Positions 18,677-26,889 are shown, numbered from the stretch's first letter. The stretch is 64,000 nt of DNA from Minisyncoccota bacterium (GCA_028695015.1 JAQVJR010000002.1:706-64705); one strand, 5' to 3'. A program made the numbers and translations. The notes: a model not told the origin generated them from the letters alone.

Positions 18677-19237
18677 TTATTTTATAGAAAACTCACAACC
18701 ACAGTATTTTTGAGAATAGAGGTTGTGTTTTTTAATTAATTCTTGTTCTTTTTGATAAGCTTGAAAAGGTTCTAAATCAAAGGTTATATATTTAAGATTA
18801 TTTTGTTTAGCTATCTTAAAACCATAGTCATTAATAAACTTAATATCTTTAAAACGATTAATACTTAAAGTTGTAGCAAATTCTTTAAAACCATTTTCTT
18901 TTGCAAATTCAACTGTTTTATCTAAACGAAAAGCAAAACAATTTAAACATCTTTTATCATTTTCTAAATAAGATTCTAAAGAATGTAATAATGATTTTTT
19001 AAGATATTCAAGCCATTTATCATGCTCATATTCATCAATAATTAATTTTAGATTATAAATCTCAGAGATTTTCTTAACTTGTTCTAATCTTTTAATATAT
19101 TCTTGTTTTGGAAAAATATTAGGATTGTAAAAATACAAAACAATGTCTTTGTTTTGTATTTCATTTAATAAATATTCAATTATGGGTAAGGCACAAGGAG
19201 CGCAACAAGTATGAATAAGCATAGAATTAAATTTCAT
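18677..19237 (-). CDS. queH: Epoxyqueuosine reductase QueH (DUF208)
   Basis: HTCCAPCA N-terminal Cys motif and size (186 aa) typical of QueH. Adjacent to tgt and queA. Confidence 0.7.
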   Translation of the reverse strand: MKFNSMLIHTCCAPCALPIIEYLLNEIQNKDIVLYFYNPNIFPKQEYIKRLEQVKKISEIYNLKLIIDEYEHDKWLEYLKKSLLHSLESYLENDKRCLNCFAFRLDKTVEFAKENGFKEFATTLSINRFKDIKFINDYGFKIAKQNNLKYITFDLEPFQAYQKEQELIKKHNLYSQKYCGCEFSIK

Positions 19238-20336
19238 CTCTAAGTTTATGAATTAACCTTATCATGAATCTTAAATTATGAATAGAAGCTAATCTAAGAT
19301 AAAGAGGTTCTTTTACAGAATAAAGATGATTAAGATAAGCCCGAGAGAAATTTTGACAAGTATAGCAATCACAATTTTCTTCTATGGGCTGAATATCTTT
19401 TTTAAATTGACTATTAGAGATACGAATATTCCCCTGTGCTGTATAAAGAGAACCATGTCTGGCAGTTCTTGTTGGGGCAACACAATCAAACATATCAACT
19501 CCCCTTTTAACAACTTCAATAATATCTTGAGCTGAAGAACCTAAGCCCATAGTATATCGAGGTTTGTTTTCTGGTAATAAATCCTGAAGATAATCAAGAA
19601 TTTCTAAAGTACGAGGCATATTATAACCAATTGTTTCTCCACCTAAGGCAATACCATCAAAATCTAAACTGGTAATAAACTTAGTTGATTCTTTTCTCAA
19701 ATCTTCAAAAATACCTCCTTGGATAATACCAAAAATTAGAGGTGGTTTTTTATCTTGATTTTGATATTGTTTACTTAATTCTTGATGTTTTTTTAAAGAT
19801 CTTAAAGCCCATTTATGAGTTCTGTTCATGGATTTTTTAGCATATTCTTTATCATCATTATCAGGACTGCATTCATCAAAAGCCATAATAATATCAACGC
19901 CTAATTTATGTTGAATTTCTATTGATTTTTCAGGAGTAATAAAATGCTTAGTACCATCTATTGGTGAAGAAAATTCAATACCATCCTCTCTAATTTTAGC
20001 CATATTTTTACCACTTTTAGTCCTATTTTGACCAAAACTCCATGCTTGAAACCCCCCAGAATCGCTCAGAATAGGCCCAGACCAGTTCATAAACGAATGA
20101 ACACCTCCTAGGTCATAAATTAGGTTTTCACTTGGCTGAAGAGCTAAATGAAGAGTATTGACTAAAAGAATTTCTACACCTATTTTACTTAAATCATCAG
20201 GCCCAATAGCTTTTACACTAGCTTGAGTCCCAGGAGGCATAAAAATAGGGGTTTGAAAATCTCCATGATTTGTACAAACCTTACCTAAGCGAGCTCTATC
20301 TTTTTTAGATTTTTTTAATATTTTAAACATAGGCAT
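19227..20336 (-). CDS. tgt: Queuine tRNA-ribosyltransferase
   Basis: Tgt motifs FMPPGTQASVKA and GLGSSAQ. Zn site CDCYTCQNFSRAYLNHL. Confidence 0.85.
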   Translation of the reverse strand: MPMFKILKKSKKDRARLGKVCTNHGDFQTPIFMPPGTQASVKAIGPDDLSKIGVEILLVNTLHLALQPSENLIYDLGGVHSFMNWSGPILSDSGGFQAWSFGQNRTKSGKNMAKIREDGIEFSSPIDGTKHFITPEKSIEIQHKLGVDIIMAFDECSPDNDDKEYAKKSMNRTHKWALRSLKKHQELSKQYQNQDKKPPLIFGIIQGGIFEDLRKESTKFITSLDFDGIALGGETIGYNMPRTLEILDYLQDLLPENKPRYTMGLGSSAQDIIEVVKRGVDMFDCVAPTRTARHGSLYTAQGNIRISNSQFKKDIQPIEENCDCYTCQNFSRAYLNHLYSVKEPLYLRLASIHNLRFMIRLIHKLRDEI

Positions 20337-21379
20337 TATTGAATAAACATTGCATCACCAAAAGAAAAAAACCTGTATTTTTTATCAATAGCTTGTTGAT
20401 AAGCTTTTAAAATTAAATCTTTATTTGCAAAAGCTGAAACTAATATTAATAAGGTTGATTTTGGTAAATGAAAATTAGTAATTAAAGCATCTACAAACTT
20501 AAATTCATATCCTGGGTAAATGAATAAATTTGTCCAATCTTTTTTTGATTGTAATTTAGAATTATGTATACAAGATCCCAAAACTCTTACTGTGGTTGTT
20601 CCAATAGCAATAATTCTTTTTTTATCTTTTTTTGCTTGATTTAATCTTTTAGCAGCTTGTTCATTTAATTCAAAAAACTCTGAATGCATTTGGTGATCTT
20701 GTATATTCTGAACCTTAACTGGAAGAAAAGTTCCTAAACCAACATAAAGGGTTACATATTCTATTTGAATATTCTTTTCTTTTATTTTATCTATCAAGTC
20801 TTTTGTAAAATGAAATCCAGCTGTAGGCGCAGCAACAGAACCATATTTTTTAGCATAAATAGTTTGATATTCTTTAAAAGAGCGTTGAGTGGGTTGGGTT
20901 ATATATGGTGGCAATGGAGCTTGGCCTAGAGATAAGATTTCTTTTTTTAATTCCTCACCTGTTTTATTAAAACTAATTATTCTTTCATAATTTACTTTTT
21001 CTTTGATTTTTCCAAATAAATTATCATTGAATTTTATTCTTTGCCCTGTTTTTAATTCTGGTTTGCCAATAATTACCCAATCTGTGGGCCAAGTTATAAA
21101 ATCAAAAACTTGTTTATCTTGAGGACGAATAAGAAGAATTTCTACCTTACCCTGAGTATTTTCTTTTTTACCATAAATACGTGCTGGCACAACCTTGCTA
21201 TCATTAAAAACTAAAACATCATTTTCTGAAAGATAATCAATAATATTATAAAAGTACTCATGTTGTATTTTTTCAGTTTTTCTATCTAATATTAAAAGAC
21301 GAGAATGATCTCGCATCTCTGTTGGCTCTTGAGCTATTAATTTTTTTGGTAAATGATAATTAAATTGAGAGATATCCAT
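20336..21379 (-). CDS. queA: S-adenosylmethionine:tRNA ribosyltransferase-isomerase
   Basis: N-terminal FNYHLPKKLIAQEP, length and family-wide similarity. Confidence 0.85.
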   Translation of the reverse strand: MDISQFNYHLPKKLIAQEPTEMRDHSRLLILDRKTEKIQHEYFYNIIDYLSENDVLVFNDSKVVPARIYGKKENTQGKVEILLIRPQDKQVFDFITWPTDWVIIGKPELKTGQRIKFNDNLFGKIKEKVNYERIISFNKTGEELKKEILSLGQAPLPPYITQPTQRSFKEYQTIYAKKYGSVAAPTAGFHFTKDLIDKIKEKNIQIEYVTLYVGLGTFLPVKVQNIQDHQMHSEFFELNEQAAKRLNQAKKDKKRIIAIGTTTVRVLGSCIHNSKLQSKKDWTNLFIYPGYEFKFVDALITNFHLPKSTLLILVSAFANKDLILKAYQQAIDKKYRFFSFGDAMFIQ

Positions 21380-21409
21380 TATTAATATATCTTATAATGT
21401 TTTGACTAA

Positions 21410-21448
21410 ATAAAAAAGGGCGTTGATTAATTTTTATTATTAACGCCC
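21410..21448 (-). terminator. Rho-independent terminator
   Basis: GGGCGTT...AACGCCC hairpin followed by a U-run on the minus strand, after the 88-aa gene. Confidence 0.5.
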
Positions 21449-21715
21449 TTAATCTTTAAATAACCAATTTAAGGGTTTTTCTAATAGTAAGACAAATTTT
21501 TCTGAAATTTTCTCAACCCATTCTTCAAATTGTTCTATTTTTTGAGCAACTTTTGGCATTTTAAGCGCCCTAAACATATCAGCCAATCCTATTGTTATTA
21601 GTAAAAATAACACAAAACAGAGTAATGCCAATTCAAAAAATATAGTAACAATATCAAACAATACATTTTTTGCCTTAGTTTTAATGCTTTTTTTAGGTTT
21701 GGTCTTTTGAGTCAT
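21449..21715 (-). CDS. Small membrane protein, unknown
   Basis: 88-aa ORF with one TM helix and a Lys-rich N-terminus. Terminator downstream. Confidence 0.35.
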   Translation of the reverse strand: MTQKTKPKKSIKTKAKNVLFDIVTIFFELALLCFVLFLLITIGLADMFRALKMPKVAQKIEQFEEWVEKISEKFVLLLEKPLNWLFKD

Positions 21716-21780
21716 CTAAGACCCCTCCTTTCATCTATTTCAAACTACTAAATAGATTATACCCTAAATTAGCATAGTCG

Positions 21781-22710
21781 TCAATTAGATTCTTGTTCAG
21801 CTAACCATTTATCAGCATCTATCAAAGCCATAGCTCCCCAACTAGCAGCAGTGATTGCTTGTTTGTATTTAGCATCACAAACATCACCAGCAGCAAAAAC
21901 ACCTTGAATAGATGTTTTGGTATTTTCTGTTATTTTAATAGAATCATCTTTATTTAATTCTATTTGTCCTTTTAAAATATCTGTATTAGGTTGATAACCA
22001 ATAGATAAGAATAAACCATTTACTTCTAATAATTTCTCTTGATTGGTTTTTACATTTTTAATGTTAATACCATTTAAGAAACTATCCCCTTTTAATCCTG
22101 TTATTATTGAATCCCAAATAATCTCTATCTTTGGATGATTTAAAACTTGCTCTTGATTTCTTTTAGAAGCTCTTAAACTATCTCGACGATGAATGATAAA
22201 TACTTTTTCAGCATATTTAGTCAAAGTAATGGCATTTTTTATAGCACTATCACCACCACCAACAACAGCAACAGTTTTATTCTTAAAGAAAAAACCATCA
22301 CAAATAGCGCAAACAGAAATACCACGACCAATTAATTCTTTTTCTCTTTCCAAGCCTAGCCATTTATTAGAAGCACCAGTAGCAATGATTATGGCTTTTG
22401 ATAAATATTCTTTACCTTCATGAGTTTTTACTGTAAAAGGTCTTTTTTTAAAATCCACTGAGATAATATTTTTATCTAAAATCTCAGTTCCAAATTTCTT
22501 AGCTTGAGTAGTTATCTTTTCTAAAAGCTCAGGACCACTTAATTTTTCTGGAAATCCAGGAAAATCTTCTATGGCTTCACAAAGCATTAATTGACCCCCT
22601 GGAGGCGAGCCAGTAAATAACAAAGATTTAAGTTGAGCCCGACCAGCATAAATACCCGCAGTTAAACCAGCAGGACCACCACCAATAATAATAATATCGT
22701 ATAATTCCAT
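21781..22710 (-). CDS. trxB: Thioredoxin-disulfide reductase
   Basis: FAD motif IIIIGGGPAGLTAG. Redox-active CAICDG. NADPH GGGDSA motif. Confidence 0.85.
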   Translation of the reverse strand: MELYDIIIIGGGPAGLTAGIYAGRAQLKSLLFTGSPPGGQLMLCEAIEDFPGFPEKLSGPELLEKITTQAKKFGTEILDKNIISVDFKKRPFTVKTHEGKEYLSKAIIIATGASNKWLGLEREKELIGRGISVCAICDGFFFKNKTVAVVGGGDSAIKNAITLTKYAEKVFIIHRRDSLRASKRNQEQVLNHPKIEIIWDSIITGLKGDSFLNGINIKNVKTNQEKLLEVNGLFLSIGYQPNTDILKGQIELNKDDSIKITENTKTSIQGVFAAGDVCDAKYKQAITAASWGAMALIDADKWLAEQESN

Positions 22711-22767
22711 TAATTTATTCTACCAGTTTTAGCTTTATAATAGCAAATAAGCCTCTTATTAAATAAA

Positions 22768-22860
22768 AGAGAGATAATTTACAAAGTAAATTATCTCTCT
22801 GGTGACTCTCTTCTGCAAGCAGAAGAGAGAGCCCCACCGTTTGACGATCAAAAGATCGTC
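22768..22860 (-). promoter_or_regulatory. trxB 5' leader with three consecutive perfect hairpins; the proximal one is terminator-like (attenuator candidate)
   Basis: H1 GACGATC-AAAA-GATCGTC (22843-22860). H2 CTCTCTTCTGC/GCAGAAGAGAG (22806-22829). H3 14-bp stem AGAGAGATAATTTA/TAAATTATCTCTCT (22768-22800), followed on the minus strand by UCUUUUAUUU. Divergent TTGAC-type promoters flank H1. Confidence 0.4.
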
Positions 22861-22951
22861 AAGAATATTATGGCAAATATGATTTAAAAGTCAAGATTTT
22901 TTAAAACATAGTATTCTAAATTTAAAATTGTTAAAATATGTTTAATATATC

Positions 22952-24385
22952 ATGGAAAGTAAAAAAGAATTTATTAAAGATAAAAAGATATTAATTGTTG
23001 GCCTAGGTTCTTTAGGTGGTGGTATTGCTACTAGTCTTTGGTTTTTAAAACAAAAAGCCAATATTACCATTACAGATTTAAGAGATAAGAGAGATTTAAA
23101 ACAATCTTTAAATAAATTAAAACAATATTCCTCAAGAATAAAATTATCTCTTGGCGGCCATAATAAGAAAGATTTTAAAAACCATAATCTTATAATTATC
23201 AACCCTGGGGTTAAAATCAAAAACAATCCATATCTCCAAATAGCAAAAAAAGAGAAAAACCTAATAGAAAATGAATTAAGCTTGTTTTTGAGATTTAACC
23301 AATCTCCTTTAATAACAATTACTGGTACTAGGGGCAAAACAACAATTACTAATTGGATTGGATATTTATTAAAAGAAAAATATCCCCAAACCATTATTGG
23401 CGGTAATATACCTGAAAGTCCAGTTTTATCTTTTTTAAATAAAACCAAAACAAATGTCCCGGTTGTTTTAGAATTATCCAGTTTTCAATTAGAAATATTA
23501 AAAAACAAATATCAAGGACCTAATATAGCTATCATTACTAATTTATACCGAGATCATCTTAATCGCCATGGCAATATGAAAAACTATGCAATGGCTAAGG
23601 CTAATATATTTAAAAATCAACAAAAAACTAATTATCTAATATTAAACTATCAAGATAAATGGACTAAATTCTTTCTTTCCTTAAAACCTAAAAGTCAAAT
23701 TTATTTCATATCAAACAAACCCCTTGCTTTGAATAAGAACGGGGTTTTTAACCAAAATAATAATATATATTTCCAAGAGAATAAGAAAAAACAATTAATT
23801 TTAAATGCAAAAGGATTTTCTAAACAATGGGGAGAACATAATTTAAGTAATTTAATGTTTTCCATTTTAGCTGCTAAGTTATTTGGCTTAAGTTTTACTC
23901 AAATTAAAAAACAAATACCAAAACTACCTCAAATGACATTTCGTCAACAAATAGTATATCAATTAGATACAAGGCTCTTAATAATTAATGACAGTTGCGC
24001 CACAACTCCAGAAGCAACAATAGCTGCCTTAAAAAGGTTTTCTAATAAACAAAATAACCTTATTTTAATTACTGGGGGCACTGATAAAGATCTAAAATAT
24101 GATGAATTAGCTAAACAAATCAAAAAAACCATATCACCAAAGAATTTAATCATCCTTAATGGCTCTGCTAGTGTAAAATTAATCAAAGAATTAATTAAAA
24201 TAAAATATTCTAATAATTATTCAGTTTTTGAATCATTAAACGAATGTTTATCTTATAGTTTGTATTTAAGAAAACATAAAAAAGATATTATTCTTTTTTC
24301 TCCAGGGGCTACTAGTTTTGAAAAGTTCCTAAATGAATTTGATAGAGGGAAAACATTTAATACTTTAATCAAGGAGATAAAATAA
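22952..24385 (+). CDS. murD: UDP-N-acetylmuramoylalanine--D-glutamate ligase
   Basis: ILIVGLGSLGGG Rossmann motif and ITGTRGKTT P-loop. Mur ligase family length. Confidence 0.8.
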   Translation: MESKKEFIKDKKILIVGLGSLGGGIATSLWFLKQKANITITDLRDKRDLKQSLNKLKQYSSRIKLSLGGHNKKDFKNHNLIIINPGVKIKNNPYLQIAKKEKNLIENELSLFLRFNQSPLITITGTRGKTTITNWIGYLLKEKYPQTIIGGNIPESPVLSFLNKTKTNVPVVLELSSFQLEILKNKYQGPNIAIITNLYRDHLNRHGNMKNYAMAKANIFKNQQKTNYLILNYQDKWTKFFLSLKPKSQIYFISNKPLALNKNGVFNQNNNIYFQENKKKQLILNAKGFSKQWGEHNLSNLMFSILAAKLFGLSFTQIKKQIPKLPQMTFRQQIVYQLDTRLLIINDSCATTPEATIAALKRFSNKQNNLILITGGTDKDLKYDELAKQIKKTISPKNLIILNGSASVKLIKELIKIKYSNNYSVFESLNECLSYSLYLRKHKKDIILFSPGATSFEKFLNEFDRGKTFNTLIKEIK

Positions 24386-24420
24386 AAAAGGAGGTATGCC
24401 CTCCTTTTGTTTTTTATTTT
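24384..24420. terminator. Bidirectional terminator
   Basis: AAGGAGG-TATG-CCTCCTT hairpin with an A-run upstream and a T-run downstream. Confidence 0.55.
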
Positions 24421-24607
24421 ACCACCGAAATGATGCTATATATAGATTGTAGATAAATAATGCTACAGCGGTAAAAATAAAAAAAATAAAAAATTTCCAG
24501 CTTGTTTCCTCCTCTTTAGTTAATATGACTAAAAATGTTATTACCCCAAGGGCAATAAATAAAAAGAAAAAAAGAATTTGTTGAGGCAATAAAGTCAAAA
24601 TAAACAT
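24419..24607 (-). CDS. Micro-protein, single TM (62 aa)
   Basis: Strong RBS AGGAGGAAAAAATG. Hydrophobic core. Confidence 0.35.
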   Translation of the reverse strand: MFILTLLPQQILFFFLFIALGVITFLVILTKEEETSWKFFIFFIFTAVALFIYNLYIASFRW

Positions 24608-24734
24608 TTTTTCCTCCTTTTCAATTTTTCATTATCTTGCTTACCATCTCCTTCCTTTACTTTTAAATAGGCTTAAAAAAAGATATTTTAGAATATCGAG
24701 TATTTTATTTAGATTCATTATTAATCTCTCCTTT

Positions 24735-24908
24735 CTAATGAATTAATAATGTATAAGAAAGCAAAATTAATAATATTATACTAGCTAATAGTATGGTTAG
24801 AATAATTTTATCTCCAGTTCTGCTTTCTTTTTCGTTAATCATTTGCTGAATAGTTTTCTGAGTTAATTTCCTTTTTTCAAGAAAATACACTTTTGTGTTT
24901 AATAACAT
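24735..24908 (-). CDS. Micro-protein, single TM (57 aa), not in the supplied ORF track
   Basis: RBS GAGGGAGGTG 8 nt before ATG. Sequence MLLNTKVYFLEKRKLTQKTIQQMINEKESRTGDKIILTILLASIILLILLSYTLLIH. Confidence 0.3.
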   Translation of the reverse strand: MLLNTKVYFLEKRKLTQKTIQQMINEKESRTGDKIILTILLASIILLILLSYTLLIH

Positions 24909-24945
24909 TACTTTTCACCTCCCTCATACTTTCTTCTATTTATCT

Positions 24946-25173
24946 TTAATTTTTTTTCTTTGTGTTTCTTATATGCAATAATCCAATACTTATTGCTGAA
25001 AGTAAATAAAAAAACATAAAAAATAAATTTGGAGCAAAAAATGAGAAAATTATTAATATGGCCACAATACCTACAGCTAGAACATCACCAATTCTTCTTT
25101 TTTCCAACTCAATGAATGGGCTTTGGGCGATTCTTTTTTGTTTGTCTTTTTTTCCGAAAACGTGAAAATTCAT
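24946..25173 (-). CDS. Micro-protein, two TM (75 aa)
   Basis: RBS AGGAGGTAGAAGAAACAATG. Hydrophobic. Overlaps the 3' end of the 145-aa ORF. Confidence 0.35.
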   Translation of the reverse strand: MNFHVFGKKDKQKRIAQSPFIELEKRRIGDVLAVGIVAILIIFSFFAPNLFFMFFYLLSAISIGLLHIRNTKKKN

Positions 25174-25546
25174 TGTTTCTTCTACCTCCTTTCTGTTTAA
25201 TTAAAATCATTTCATTTAAAACTTTTTCTTTAATCTGAATCTTCAGATCTCTCTTTACTTCTTTATAAATTTTAGGGATTGTATTATTGCTAATATATAC
25301 TAATTTACATTCTTCAAATAATCTTACCACTCTTTGATTACTTACTCGGATAACTTCTAGATATCCTGCCATGCCTGGGCCATTTTTATGACCTAATTCT
25401 CCTTTACCTCTTCTGATGTATAGATAGTGTTCGAGATTGTGAGCTGATATTTCATTATTTCTAACTCCATGTAATAAAAGCAAATTAATTTTTTTCTTTT
25501 TACCATTCAAGCATCCATTAAATCTAACCAGAAAATGACGTTTCAT
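25109..25546 (-). CDS. Hypothetical basic protein (145 aa), no recognised domain
   Basis: ORF with a GAAAGGGG RBS. Own TTGACA-N17-TATTAT promoter at about 25585-25612. Very Lys/Arg-rich C-terminus. Confidence 0.4.
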   Translation of the reverse strand: MKRHFLVRFNGCLNGKKKKINLLLLHGVRNNEISAHNLEHYLYIRRGKGELGHKNGPGMAGYLEVIRVSNQRVVRLFEECKLVYISNNTIPKIYKEVKRDLKIQIKEKVLNEMILIKQKGGRRNNEFSRFRKKRQTKKNRPKPIH

Positions 25547-25621
25547 CTTTTACCCCTTTCATTTTATATTTTCAAAGTACATTTATCGTATAATAACATT
25601 GAATAAATAGATTGTCAAATC

Positions 25622-25651
25622 AAAAAATGGCCTTTTTATTAGCCATTTTTT
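25622..25651. terminator. Bidirectional terminator
   Basis: AAAAAATGGC...GCCATTTTTT hairpin after the 82-aa gene. Confidence 0.5.
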
Positions 25652-25664
25652 GTTTATCTAAGCT

Positions 25665-25913
25665 CTAATTTTCCAAATCATCTTCTTGTATTTCATAGAA
25701 TTTACCAATATCATCAACTACATCAACTCTTTCTATCTGACCTTCTATATTTACCTTGATATAGCCTTCTTCATCTGGCTCAATGCCTTTTTCTTCTAAC
25801 CATTGTTCAACTATTTCTTTTTCACCACCACCAAAAATTTCTAGAAATTCTTCATTAGTTATCAAAGGCATTTGTGTTTGTTTTTCTGGAACAGGAATAG
25901 TTTCTAAAGCCAT
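25665..25913 (-). CDS. Hypothetical acidic protein (82 aa)
   Basis: ORF rich in Glu/Asp. Sits between the tandem promoter-hairpin units and a terminator. Confidence 0.4.
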   Translation of the reverse strand: MALETIPVPEKQTQMPLITNEEFLEIFGGGEKEIVEQWLEEKGIEPDEEGYIKVNIEGQIERVDVVDDIGKFYEIQEDDLEN

Positions 25914-25949
25914 GTTTTTTATTAAAAATAATTTTAAAGCCGACCTTTT

Positions 25950-26031
25950 TATAAAAAATGCTGCTATCTATTGAAGCAAGCTTCTCTAAATAGCAGCATT
26001 CTAAGTATAGCAAATGAAAAATATTTGTCAA
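25950..26031 (-). ncRNA. Promoter-hairpin-U-tract unit A (candidate about 50-nt sRNA or attenuator)
   Basis: Minus strand: TTGACA-N16-TATACT, then AUGCUGCUAU...AUAGCAGCAU stem with apical GAAGC-UU-GCUUC sub-stem, then U6. Confidence 0.35.
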
Positions 26032-26063
26032 GAGATATAAAAGTTTATAAAGAAATAGGCTTA

Positions 26064-26147
26064 GAATAAAAAAATGCTGCCGCTTCTGGCAAGCCAAAAA
26101 CGACAGCATTATTAGTATAGCAAATCCAAAAACCTTGTCAAGTCAAT
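26064..26147 (-). ncRNA. Promoter-hairpin-U-tract unit B (paralogous copy of unit A)
   Basis: Minus strand: TTGACTTGACA-N16-TATACT with the same ATTTGCTATACT as unit A, then AUGCUGUCG...CGGCAGCAU stem with apical UGGC-UU-GCCA, then U7. Stem changes are compensatory relative to unit A. Confidence 0.35.
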
Positions 26148-26165
26148 TGTGGATAACTTAAAAGA

Positions 26166-26444
26166 TCAATGTTTAATGATTTTTATAGCTTTTCCATTAA
26201 CAAGAGCATCTGCTATTTTTTTATAAGCTGAATAAAGTATTCTCTGATAAGTACTAGTTGAGGTATGCATTTTTTCAGCAGCTTTTCTTTGTTCCAAATC
26301 ATTTAAATGCCGTAAACGATAAGCCTCTAGTTCTTCTATAGTTAATTCTGTAATTTCCAAAAATCTCATTGGTACCCCTTGAGGTTTAAAATAAGTAACA
26401 TCTGGATCAAAATTCACTTTGCGATAAAGTCTTGGTCTAGCCAT
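26166..26444 (-). CDS. DUF134 (UPF0251) putative DNA-binding protein
   Basis: KPQGVP motif and an HTH-like C-terminus (EKMHTSTSTYQRILYSAYKKIADALVNG) characteristic of DUF134. Confidence 0.65.
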   Translation of the reverse strand: MARPRLYRKVNFDPDVTYFKPQGVPMRFLEITELTIEELEAYRLRHLNDLEQRKAAEKMHTSTSTYQRILYSAYKKIADALVNGKAIKIIKH

Positions 26445-26528
26445 AAATACTAATTTAGTAACAGAATAAAGAAACTGGCCCCTTGATATATATTAATTAA
26501 TATACACGAAGAGGCCAATAATCTTTTA

Positions 26529-26798
26529 TTATTTCTGACCCTTGAGTTCGGTTAATCGTTGTTTGATATCTTTCAATTCTTCTTCAAGATCTTCAGCCTC
26601 TTCTTCGAGTATTTCCATTTCTTCTTCCTTAGTTATCCTCGTTGGATAATAAGGAGCATAATCCCAACCACGACCAAAACCTCTACCATATCCTCTACCA
26701 TATCCTCTTCCCCAGCCACGACCAGCGCCACAAGGCCCTAAGCCCCAACCAGTTCCAGGACCCATTCCCCAAGGACCAGTTCCATCAAATCTTGGCAT
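26529..26798 (-). CDS. DUF5320-like Gly/Arg/Tyr-repeat protein (start placed at the internal Met MPRFDG)
   Basis: MPRFDGTGPWGMGPGTGWGLGPCGAGRGWGRGYGRGYGRGFGRGW followed by an acidic coiled coil. DUF5320 genes commonly accompany DUF134 genes. Confidence 0.5.
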   Translation of the reverse strand: MPRFDGTGPWGMGPGTGWGLGPCGAGRGWGRGYGRGYGRGFGRGWDYAPYYPTRITKEEEMEILEEEAEDLEEELKDIKQRLTELKGQK

Positions 26799-26889
26799 AT
26801 TTTTATTTATTGTTAATATTTTAAGATTTGAGATAGCCGACTTACTATCTGTTATGAGTATATACCCATAATTAGAAAAAGTCAAGTCT

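Noticed and set aside
22942-23448. 168-aa ORF antisense to murD (and similar antisense ORFs at 30845-31249, 31610-31855, 31928-32203, 36898-37245, 56600-56830, 58064-58366, 14959-15165, 8463-8673 and 2435-2854)
   Set aside because: They lie entirely inside well-supported conserved genes on the opposite strand (murD, groEL, dnaK, ATPase, hsdR, DUF2207). They are low-complexity and have no RBS, so they are typical AT-rich shadow ORFs.
26483-26498. 16-bp perfect AT palindrome TATATTAATTAATATA between the DUF5320 and DUF134 genes as a dedicated operator
   Set aside because: In DNA this AT-rich, AT-only palindromes of this length arise by chance fairly often. Noted within the DUF134 finding but not called as a feature.
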